From a bacterium (lineage in GTDB: Bacteria > Arandabacterota > Arandabacteria > Arandabacterales > JALGWA01): a stretch of DNA of 23,427 nucleotides. Both the position numbers and the translations under genes were made by a program. Numbering within the stretch: position 1 is the stretch's first letter; each line of letters starts with the position of its first letter. Below the pieces are notes generated by a model that ran no database searches, had not been told where the DNA came from, and was given only the letters and a program-made list of their open reading frames with translations. Where the stretch lies: assembly GCA_050125095.1 (NCBI GenBank), contig JASFEA010000033.1, forward strand, positions 1 to 23,427, written 5' to 3'. This document shows, piece by piece, positions 16,056 to 23,427 of the stretch.

Positions 16056-16646
16056 TTACAACTGCCCGTCGATCAGGGATTCACCTTCTTCGGTAGTCTC
16101 GATCACCGGGTTTATCTGCTCTATGAGAATGTTGAGCATCTTGGCACTGTTTGACAGCTTCATCATGCTGGCTTCTCTGGTGGCGTCTGAGACCTCGCCC
16201 ACGTTGACAAGGCTCTCCTTAACCTTGTCGAAACCGATCTTGGTCCTCTCGTTGGACTTGAGGGCGGCCTTGTTCACGAGGTCGACGGCATTGCTGATGT
16301 CCTCCACGGCTTCCGTGTACATGCCGAGCTCTATCTCTCTGTAAGCCTTGGAGATCATCGCCCTTGCGTTGAGCACGGGCAGGTAGTAGAACTGCAGCAC
16401 GTCGATGAAGTCGGTGATGACCTTGTAGTCCTCGAGGGCTTCGTTCTTGTACCTGGTCGACGAGATCCTTCTGTTAATGGTCTCGTCCAGCTCAGTCATG
16501 GCGTCCCTCAAGGCGGGGAAAGAGTCGTCCATCTCGGTGAAACCGGCCTTCTCGATGTCCGCGTTCCACACCACCTCGGGGCCTCCGCATGAGGTGAATA
16601 CGAGGGCGGCCAGGGCCAGGATAACTGGGGCGACTGCTCTTCTCAT
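16056..16646 (-). CDS. Hypothetical alpha-helical lipoprotein
   Basis: GGGAGG RBS, MRR plus hydrophobic core, and a lipobox-like FTS|C. The mature part is amphipathic and helical. Confidence 0.8.
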   Translation of the reverse strand: MRRAVAPVILALAALVFTSCGGPEVVWNADIEKAGFTEMDDSFPALRDAMTELDETINRRISSTRYKNEALEDYKVITDFIDVLQFYYLPVLNARAMISKAYREIELGMYTEAVEDISNAVDLVNKAALKSNERTKIGFDKVKESLVNVGEVSDATREASMMKLSNSAKMLNILIEQINPVIETTEEGESLIDGQL

Positions 16647-16730
16647 AGTAATCCTCCCTTCAGATTTCCTATCGTTTTGACGAGCAGAAAGAAGCTGATA
16701 CTATTCGCTCGCTGCCTCCCAAACACAGGG

Positions 16731-16759
16731 AACGTAACAGATGCCTCAATGGGGGTCAA
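16731..16759 (-). promoter_or_regulatory. Sigma70-type promoter of the lipoprotein gene
   Basis: TTGACC-N17-TACGTT with extended -10 TG. Confidence 0.55.
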
Positions 16760-16784
16760 GCGAAATCCTCTTTGCCGGTAGTTG

Positions 16785-17045
16785 CTAGGATTCGACAACT
16801 TTGTAGGCGATATCGCCCGGGCGCGCCCGCTCGCTGGTCTTAATGCCGACGTCATCGCCGACCTTCGCCTCAGGTACCGCCTGGTTGTTGATCTGCATCG
16901 ACTCGATCTTCTGGGTGAAATCGGAGGTATGCCCCTTGATATGGATGGTGTCGCCGGCCTTGAGAACGCCGTCCGTTATGACTATCGCGGCGACGCCGGG
17001 CTTGGAGAAGTATTTCACCACTTCACCGACCTTTACCTCTTCCAT
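16785..17045 (-). CDS. Small translation elongation factor-like beta-barrel protein (EF-Tu domain 2 / U32 peptidase C-terminal-like)
   Basis: 86 aa with the pattern VGEVVKYFSKPGVAAI...LKAGDTIHIKGHT.DF.Q.IESMQI....V.EA..GD.VGIK...AR.GD..YKV. Confidence 0.88.
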   Translation of the reverse strand: MEEVKVGEVVKYFSKPGVAAIVITDGVLKAGDTIHIKGHTSDFTQKIESMQINNQAVPEAKVGDDVGIKTSERARPGDIAYKVVES

Positions 17046-17068
17046 GCGTCAACCCCCCTTTCGGCCCC

Positions 17069-17098
17069 ACCATACTCCCGGCCTCGGAGGGGCGTCAA
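17069..17098 (-). promoter_or_regulatory. Putative sigma70 promoter of the EF-like gene
   Basis: TTGACG-N18-TATGGT upstream of an AAGGGGGG RBS. Confidence 0.5.
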
Positions 17099-17210
17099 CC
17101 CAATATTCCATGAAAAAAACGAGATGGCCGACACATTTCCTGCGACCTTTTTAAGGGTTCCTACATCAAATTTTAAGAAAGCACTTTTGGGCGGTGGATG
17201 GGTGGTGTCC

Positions 17211-17351
17211 GGAGTATTCGAGAGTTCACGCAGGGACTCTTGAAAGGGCGGGGTCTTACTGGATAGGAGCGTCCCGGTAGGCTTCAGTGCCAAGCTCGCA
17301 ACGTAGGCCCCGCCCTTTATTATATTTCCCCAATTATGTCTTGATTACTCC
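17211..17351. other. Long imperfect intergenic hairpin (candidate structured ncRNA or decayed inverted-repeat element)
   Basis: Outer stem GGAGTATTCGAGA (17211-17223) / TCTTGATTACTCC (17339-17351). Inner stem AAAGGGCGGGGTCTTAC (17243-17259) / GTAGGCCCCGCCCTTT (17303-17318). Confidence 0.5.
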
Positions 17352-17376
17352 CCCCTCATGGCTTAAGTCTCAGCAT

Positions 17377-18552
17377 ATGAGACCTGTTTGGACTGTTCTT
17401 GCGGTTTCCTGGCTTCTCCTTGGGCTTTTTGCGGTTCCCTGCCCGCCTTGCCTCCACGCGCTTGAGGCGGACGAGGGCGCCGCTGGTGGGCTGGAGCAGC
17501 CGGCGGGCCCGGGGACGAGGGAGATAAGGGCAGCCTGGGTCACCCGCTGGGGTTTTAGGAGCGCCGGTGACATATCCGGTACATTCGAGAGGCTCAGCGC
17601 GGTGGGCGTCAACACGGTCTTCTTCCAGGTGCGCGGGGCGTGCACGGTGCTGTACAGGTCCGACCTCGAGCCCTGGTCGGGCGTGCTGACGGGCACGCTT
17701 GGCCGGGACCCCGGCTGGGATCCCCTGGAGGTAGCGGTGGTCGAGGGGCACAAGCGGGGTATGGCCGTTCACGCCTGGGTCAACGTGTTTCCCGCATGGC
17801 CTGTATCGGACTCGCCCAGGGGGCCTACGGAGACGGTGCCCCGGCATGTCATGCTGGAGCATCCCGAATGGCTCGCCCGGAACAGGCGGGGAGAGCCGAT
17901 GCCGCTCGAGAGGTCGGCGGCCGGCCACGCCTATGCTTTCCTGAGCCCGACGGTCCCAGGCGTCCAGGAGCGCACCAGGGAGATAATAAGAGAGATCGTC
18001 TGCGGCTATGAGGTCGACGGTGTCCATCTCGATTACGTGAGATTCCCCGACTCGACGTATTCATATGATGATGCAAGCAGGTCCGCATACAGGACCTACG
18101 CGCCTTATGCTCCGGCCGGAATGACCTACGCCATCTGGAGAATGTCGCAGCTTTCCGATCTTATAGGGGACATCAACAGGATCGTCAAAGAGGAACGCCC
18201 GCATGCAATCCTCTCGGTGACCTTGCGGCGCGACTACATGGAGGGCAAGGAGTACTTCTTCCAGGACGGCCTGGAGTGGCTCCTCCAGGGCTACGTGGAC
18301 CTTCTGGTTCCCATGATCTACACCTCCAGTATGGACCTGTTCGAGAAAGGCGTCCGCGAGTACTCGCTTCTCGCGGGGGAGGAGAGTGTGGTGGCCGGCA
18401 TCGGCGCCTATATGGAGGGGGTCGATGACATCACCTTCGCCGGGCAGATTCAGGTGGCGCGGTCATACGGCCTCCGCGGCATCTCAATCTTTAACAGCGA
18501 CTACGCGCTGAAATACGGCGATATCCTAAAGAGCATCTCCGGAAGCGACTAG
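17377..18552 (+). CDS. Glycosyl hydrolase-like 10 (GHL10; YddW/DigH-like) exported protein
   Basis: Signal peptide from ATG 17377. Motifs EIRAAWV, GVNTVFFQVRG, WDPL, VHAWVN, HPEW, YEVDGVHLDYVRFP and PMIY. Confidence 0.9.
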   Translation: MRPVWTVLAVSWLLLGLFAVPCPPCLHALEADEGAAGGLEQPAGPGTREIRAAWVTRWGFRSAGDISGTFERLSAVGVNTVFFQVRGACTVLYRSDLEPWSGVLTGTLGRDPGWDPLEVAVVEGHKRGMAVHAWVNVFPAWPVSDSPRGPTETVPRHVMLEHPEWLARNRRGEPMPLERSAAGHAYAFLSPTVPGVQERTREIIREIVCGYEVDGVHLDYVRFPDSTYSYDDASRSAYRTYAPYAPAGMTYAIWRMSQLSDLIGDINRIVKEERPHAILSVTLRRDYMEGKEYFFQDGLEWLLQGYVDLLVPMIYTSSMDLFEKGVREYSLLAGEESVVAGIGAYMEGVDDITFAGQIQVARSYGLRGISIFNSDYALKYGDILKSISGSD

Positions 18553-18632
18553 CCGTGGGCGACCACCGGCAGGCGGTCGGGCTGTTGCGCTCCCGGTTGC
18601 GGTCCCCGGTCCTGTTCCGGCCGGTAGACCGG

Positions 18633-19412
18633 TTACTCCGATGCGTCTTCTTCCGGTTCGACGGGCACAGTCAGCACGTCGGCAAGGAACTGCGTGAAAC
18701 GCCTCCAGGATCTCCTGTCGGCGTCCTCGCGGTATCGCTCCGATCCGAATACCGTAAAGGCATGCGGAGCTCCCCCGTACGTGGTCATCTCGTGGGTAAC
18801 GCCCGCCTTCTCGAGGCTACCCGCCAGGTCCGCGAATTCCGCCATGCTCACGCTCTCGTCCGCCGAGCCGTGGAAGATGAGTACCTGCCCCCGCGTGCGC
18901 GAGTAGTCCTGGTCCTCAGGGGTGCTCAAGCCTCCGTGAAACGCGACGAAGCCCTTGAGATCTGCGCCCGACCTGGCGAGTTCGAGGACGGCCGTGCCTC
19001 CGAAGCAGTATCCCATGGCAATGGCATTGCCGACGTCGGCGCCGTTCGATGCCGCGGCGCGAAGCGCTGCCTCCAGGAGATTCCTCATCTTCGGGCGGTC
19101 TTTGTAAAGCTCCCCTGTGAGCCGGCGCCTCTCCTCAATGCTCGCGGGCCTCACGCCCGCGCCGTACATGTCGGCCGCAAAGACTGAGTATCCGAGTTCG
19201 GCCAGCATGTCGGCACGAGTTATCTCGTAGTCGGTAAGGCCGTCCCAGTCGTGAATGAGAAGTACAAGTGGAGCGCGGTCATGAGGCTGGGTGAAGTAAC
19301 CCTCATAGGTCCTCCCGTCCACCTCGTATAATGCCTTACCGCCCGCGGATACTGCTGATAATGGCAGGGCCAGCAGGATGACTGCGGATACGAATGCGGT
19401 TATGGGTTTCAC
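18633..19412 (-). CDS. Dienelactone hydrolase family protein (exported)
   Basis: Nucleophile motif GYCFGG, plus FHGGL, HGSAD and HAFT. Signal peptide. GTG 19412 lies 6 nt after AAGGAGG; ATG 19418 is an alternative start. Confidence 0.92.
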   Translation of the reverse strand: MKPITAFVSAVILLALPLSAVSAGGKALYEVDGRTYEGYFTQPHDRAPLVLLIHDWDGLTDYEITRADMLAELGYSVFAADMYGAGVRPASIEERRRLTGELYKDRPKMRNLLEAALRAAASNGADVGNAIAMGYCFGGTAVLELARSGADLKGFVAFHGGLSTPEDQDYSRTRGQVLIFHGSADESVSMAEFADLAGSLEKAGVTHEMTTYGGAPHAFTVFGSERYREDADRRSWRRFTQFLADVLTVPVEPEEDASE

Positions 19413-19530
19413 TGGCATCCTCCTTGATCCGTGTGGATGGAGCAACCCGTGCAAATGTTGCCTCTATCGGGACTGCCGGCGCCTGTTTCCGGCGCGGCCG
19501 TTACGGAATAACCCTGTCAGGGGCGGCGTC

Positions 19531-20484
19531 TCAGATGAGGAGGTTGCCGTCCCGGATTATCTCCTTGCCGTCGAGGTAGAGCGTGGGCTTCTTTATGACC
19601 AGGTCGAGGTGGCTGGGAACGGATACGTTTCCTCCCATGGAAGCGTTGTCGCCGATGGCGATGTGAACCGTGCCCATCACCTTCTCGTCTTCAAGCACGA
19701 GTCCCGTGAGTATGGCCTTGTCATTGGTGCCGATGCCGAGCTCGGCGATGTTGCGGCCGTCCTTGCCGAACTTGGCCGTGATCTCGTTGAGCTTCCGGGC
19801 CTCGGCCCCGCCCGTGATCTCAGTGGCGTAGCCGCCCTCAACGATGAGGGTGATGGGATCCTTGACCAGGCCGACGCCGGCCGCCGAGCCGTCCACGACT
19901 ATACTGCCCTTCGCGGTGCCCTCCAGCGGAGCGAGATAGGCCTCGCCCGCGGGCAGGTTGGTAAACTCCCCGGGGCTCCGCACGATGCCGTGGTCCTCGT
20001 GGCAGTCCCTTCCCTCCAGCGACATGGTGATGTCGGTGCCGAGCGCGGTGGTGACGCGGGCCTCCCGGGCGGCTGTGACAATCGGGGACAGCTTCTTGGT
20101 GCGCGCCTCAATGCCCTTGTAGTCTGCCTTGAGGCTTCTCGCCATGGCCTCCTCCGTGATGCCCGGAAGCGTGGCCCCGCGGGCGCCTTTGGCGCAGGCG
20201 TTCCTGCGGGCGTCGGTGTGGGAGAGCGATTTGGACGTAGGGATCACGAATACGTCGCATGCGGCGAGCAGCCCGGTGACGGCCTTGGGAGGCTCTTCGC
20301 CGTTGGTCTCTCTGGGCAGCATCTCGCAGAGAATGGCTTCGGCGCCGAGTTCGCGTGCCGTCTCCCAGAAGGCCTGTCCAATCCTCCGCTGGGGCTCGTC
20401 GATCAGGACGACGACGTTCTCGCCTCTCTTGACATCCATGCACTCGGTAAGGGCCACATGAGCGGCCTCTTTAAGGTCTTTCAC
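19531..20484 (-). CDS. M29 family (aminopeptidase T-like) metalloaminopeptidase
   Basis: Motifs GEEPP, SLSHT, GTDITM, NLPAGE, IAELGIGTN, EDEKVMGTVHIAIGDN and HLDLV. Confidence 0.88.
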   Translation of the reverse strand: MKDLKEAAHVALTECMDVKRGENVVVLIDEPQRRIGQAFWETARELGAEAILCEMLPRETNGEEPPKAVTGLLAACDVFVIPTSKSLSHTDARRNACAKGARGATLPGITEEAMARSLKADYKGIEARTKKLSPIVTAAREARVTTALGTDITMSLEGRDCHEDHGIVRSPGEFTNLPAGEAYLAPLEGTAKGSIVVDGSAAGVGLVKDPITLIVEGGYATEITGGAEARKLNEITAKFGKDGRNIAELGIGTNDKAILTGLVLEDEKVMGTVHIAIGDNASMGGNVSVPSHLDLVIKKPTLYLDGKEIIRDGNLLI

Positions 20485-22431
20485 TTAACTGTCCCCCCGT
20501 CTTACTCTTGGGAATACGGAAACGAGTATGATTGACAGTATCATCAGGCCCATGATAACCAGCGAGACGAACCTGCTGTCAACGAGCACCACCGGGAGTT
20601 CGAACCGGAATAGCCATCTCACCCAGCCGGTGGAGCCGGATATAAAAATGTACAACGCGATCAATATGCCCATGATGGCCTCGCCGGCTATGAGCCCCGA
20701 GGCGTAGAGGAGACCGCGGTGGGTGGCCTTCTCTTCATAGCCCGCCCTTCGCGTCACGGCCTTTACGAGGAGGCTTATGAGCCCGCCTGCGAATATGGGC
20801 ACGGCCAGAGAGAAGGGCAGGTATATCCCCACCGCCACGGGCATCACATGGGCGCGGAAGCCCGCTTTCCTGTGCCTTAAGATCTCGTCCATTATGATAA
20901 GCGCGATCCCGATGGCGGCCCCGTATTCGACCATGCGCCACGGCAGCGTCTGCTCGGTGAACATGGCCCGGGCGATGCTCTCAAATAGCCTGGCCTGAGG
21001 CGCCGGCAGCGTGGTCGAGCCGATGCCGTATGCCTTGTGAAGCACGGTAAGCGTGGGGGCGATCACGAATGCGGGAATCAGTACACCCAGGATCTGGGCC
21101 GCCTGCTGGCGTTTAGGCGTGGCGCCCACCATGTACCCGGTCTTGAGATCCTGCGAAATATCCCCCGCGGTTGCCGCCGCGCAGCACACCACGCCCGCGA
21201 CTCCGAGCGACGCCAGTATGCCCGAATCGCCCTTCATGCCCATGATAAGCAACAGGGCGGAGGCGAAGAGTATTGTGCAGATGGTCATGCCCGATATGGG
21301 GTTGTTGGAAGAGCCGACGAGGCCGACGATGTAGCTGGATACGGCCACAAAGAAGAAGCCGGCTATGAACATGGCGACCGTCGACGTGACCGTGATGCCC
21401 GCAGACCGCGTCAGATAGTAATAGATGCCGAGGATGGCGAGCACCGAGACGACGGTGAGACCGAGGATCACCCGCTGGGGCATGTCCTGTTCGGTGCGCT
21501 TGACTTTCTGGAACTCCGAGACCTCCCGGTGACCGAACAGCGCCATCTTGACCCCGTTGGCGATGCCGTGGCGCACGCGGATAATGGACCATAGCCCGCC
21601 CACGATCATGGCGCCCACGCCCATGTATCTTATCTGCGTGCTCCAGATGGTTGCGGCCGAGTCGATGAGGCCCTCTCCCGCGGGGATGCCGTTGGCCGCG
21701 CTGTAAAGGGGAATTCCCACGAGCCAGCCAATGGCGCCGCCTAAGAAGACCAGCATGGAGATATTGAGGCCCACTATGTAACCGATGCCGACGAGGAGCA
21801 CCGACATGTCGCCGCCGAAATAGAAAAGCGACCGGCCCGAAGTCCACGCATGCTCGACGGTTCCCTTTATTATGGAAATCGCCGATGTCCAGCCCTTGAA
21901 GATGAAGCCCAGGCCCATGGCCGTGAAGATGTAGGCCACGCCGCTTCCGCCGCGTTCGCCCACCTCCAGCACCTCCGCGCAAGCAAGGCCCTCGGGGTAG
22001 ATGAGCTCCTTCTCTTCGACGATGAGGGTTTTCCTTAAGGGGATCATGAAGAGGACGCCCAGGAGCCCCCCGCAGACGGCGATGAGCGTCACCGGCCAGA
22101 ACTTGAAGTCCTGCCACACTCCTATGAGCACCAGCGCCGGCATGGTGAAGATGATGCCCGCGGCCAGGGACTCGCCCGCTGAGGCGATGGTCTGGACGAT
22201 GTTATTCTCGAGTATCGTCCCCCTGCGGAATATGCCCCGCAGTATGCCCATTGATATGACGGCGGCCGGAATGGAGGCCGTCACCGTCATCCCGGCGTAG
22301 AGACCCACGTAGGCGTTGGCCGAAGTCATGATGACGCCCAGAATGACTCCCAGTATGGCTGCGGCCACGGTGAGCTCGGGGATCTTCTTGTCGGCAGGCA
22401 CGAAAGGTACGAACTTGTCCTCGTCGTTCAT
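20485..22431 (-). CDS. OPT family oligopeptide transporter
   Basis: Motifs ELT, NAYVGLYAG, ASIPAAVIS, ILENNIVQTIASAGES, YPEG.ACAEVL, GSSNNPISG, QDLKTG, GATP and LPAPQA, with many TM helices. ATG 22431 follows AAGGAGG. Confidence 0.95.
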   Translation of the reverse strand: MNDEDKFVPFVPADKKIPELTVAAAILGVILGVIMTSANAYVGLYAGMTVTASIPAAVISMGILRGIFRRGTILENNIVQTIASAGESLAAGIIFTMPALVLIGVWQDFKFWPVTLIAVCGGLLGVLFMIPLRKTLIVEEKELIYPEGLACAEVLEVGERGGSGVAYIFTAMGLGFIFKGWTSAISIIKGTVEHAWTSGRSLFYFGGDMSVLLVGIGYIVGLNISMLVFLGGAIGWLVGIPLYSAANGIPAGEGLIDSAATIWSTQIRYMGVGAMIVGGLWSIIRVRHGIANGVKMALFGHREVSEFQKVKRTEQDMPQRVILGLTVVSVLAILGIYYYLTRSAGITVTSTVAMFIAGFFFVAVSSYIVGLVGSSNNPISGMTICTILFASALLLIMGMKGDSGILASLGVAGVVCCAAATAGDISQDLKTGYMVGATPKRQQAAQILGVLIPAFVIAPTLTVLHKAYGIGSTTLPAPQARLFESIARAMFTEQTLPWRMVEYGAAIGIALIIMDEILRHRKAGFRAHVMPVAVGIYLPFSLAVPIFAGGLISLLVKAVTRRAGYEEKATHRGLLYASGLIAGEAIMGILIALYIFISGSTGWVRWLFRFELPVVLVDSRFVSLVIMGLMILSIILVSVFPRVRRGDS

Positions 22432-22478
22432 CAAGCCCTCCTTACAGGATTACAAGGTTGGGCGCCGTCGGGCGCCGC

Positions 22479-23427
22479 CTAGCCGATCGCTTTTTCCAGC
22501 ACTCTTCCCAGCCTCTTGATTCCCTCTTTGATATTGTCCGGTGTGGCATTCGAGAAGTTGAGCCGCATGGTGTTCAGGCCCGAGCCGTCGGGGAAAAATA
22601 CGGTGCCCGGAACATAGGCCACCTTCTTCTCGACGGCGGTCTCGAGAAGTTCCATGGTGTTCAGGTGCTCCGGCGTGCGGACCCACAGGAAGAGCCCGCC
22701 CACGGGCTTGGTCCAGGTAACGCCCTGGGGGAAATGCTCTTCCATCGCGGCCGTCATGATATGCCTGCGCTCCCCGTAGGCGGCCTTTATTACCTTGGAA
22801 TGGGCCTTGAGTATGCCTCTTTGCATGATGTCATTGGCGATCATCTGTATGAAGGTGCTGGTGTGAAGATCGGTGGACTGCTTGGCCTGCACTATCTTCC
22901 GGACGATACGCTCCGGCCCGACCACCCAGCCCAGCCTTATGCCCGGGGCCAGGGTCTTGGAAAACGTGCTGAGGTAAATGACATTCTCCTTGTGGAGGAC
23001 GACTATGGGCGTGATGTCCTCGCCCTCGAAGCGGAGCTCGCCGTAGGGGTCGTCCTCGATGATGGGTATGCCATACTTGGCCGCTGCCTTCACGAGAGCC
23101 GTCCTTCGCTCGAGCGTGAGGGTCACACCCATGGGATTGTGGAAATTGGGGAGGACGTAAATGAATTTGGGTTTGGTCTTGGCACTGGCGAGCACATTCT
23201 CGAGCTCGTCCATGCGCATGCCTTCATCGTCCACGTCTATGCCGATTATCTCGGGCGCATAGACCTTGAAGGCCTGCAATGCTCCGAGGTAGGTGGGCTT
23301 ACCCGTTATGATGACATCGCCCTCGTCTATGAATATGCGGCCGATGAGGTCGAGAGCCTGCTGGGAGCCGTTTGTAAGCAGTATGTTCTGGGGCTCGGCG
23401 TCGACCCCGTACTTCTGCATCTTCTCC
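22479..23427 (-). CDS. PLP-dependent aminotransferase class I/II (2-aminoadipate/aromatic amino acid transaminase-like), 5'-partial
   Basis: Motifs TNGSQQALD, PTY, NFHNPMG, IIEDDPYGEL, STFSKTLAPGIRLGW (PLP lysine), GGLF and MRLNF. The frame runs off the window end. Confidence 0.93.
   Translation of the reverse strand, partial: EKMQKYGVDAEPQNILLTNGSQQALDLIGRIFIDEGDVIITGKPTYLGALQAFKVYAPEIIGIDVDDEGMRMDELENVLASAKTKPKFIYVLPNFHNPMGVTLTLERRTALVKAAAKYGIPIIEDDPYGELRFEGEDITPIVVLHKENVIYLSTFSKTLAPGIRLGWVVGPERIVRKIVQAKQSTDLHTSTFIQMIANDIMQRGILKAHSKVIKAAYGERRHIMTAAMEEHFPQGVTWTKPVGGLFLWVRTPEHLNTMELLETAVEKKVAYVPGTVFFPDGSGLNTMRLNFSNATPDNIKEGIKRLGRVLEKAIG

Noticed and set aside
16647-16730. Riboswitch in the roughly 80-nt leader of the lipoprotein gene
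   Set aside because: Only a short GAGC/GCTC pairing is present and I recognise no known aptamer consensus.
17033-17293. 86-aa minus-strand ORF in the AT-rich intergenic region
   Set aside because: Atypical codon usage and no RBS. It overlaps promoter motifs and the hairpin.
18553-18632. Intrinsic terminator between the convergent GHL10 and dienelactone hydrolase genes
   Set aside because: Only 5-bp GC stems without U-tracts, which cannot be distinguished from chance.
19440-19465. Second sigma54-like motif upstream of the dienelactone hydrolase gene
   Set aside because: The GG-to-GC spacing is not the obligatory 10 nt.
8981-20535. Other long alternative ORFs (8981-10201, 11446-12369, 14463-15488, 14749-15819, 18555-19187, 19378-20535)
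   Set aside because: They overlap recognisable genes in another frame or strand and show no protein-like features.

Overview
GC-rich bacterial chromosomal window with about 20 protein-coding genes and no rRNA, tRNA, CRISPR array or transposase. It encodes gingipain-type (C25) and FlgD-Ig/T9SS-like C-terminal-domain proteins plus an outer-membrane beta-barrel, which suggests a diderm organism, possibly an FCB-group candidate lineage (inference only). Order: partial YtcJ-like amidohydrolase; C25 peptidase behind a sigma54-type motif; a minus-strand three-gene secreted unit (small anchored protein, repeat-rich fibre-like protein, CTD-bearing partner); beta-barrel; membrane cytochrome c coupled to a glycogen debranching enzyme; a four-gene uncharacterised membrane operon headed by an FN3/DUF6754 protein; a 140-bp inverted-repeat element; a 515-aa membrane protein; a lipoprotein; a small EF-Tu-domain-2-like protein; a long intergenic hairpin; a GHL10 glycoside hydrolase; a dienelactone hydrolase; and an aminotransferase-OPT transporter-M29 aminopeptidase operon. 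The best candidates for undescribed systems are the DUF6754 four-gene membrane complex, which may be pseudo-symmetric, and the fibre plus CTD-partner module. All family assignments come from motif recognition by eye, not from database searches.
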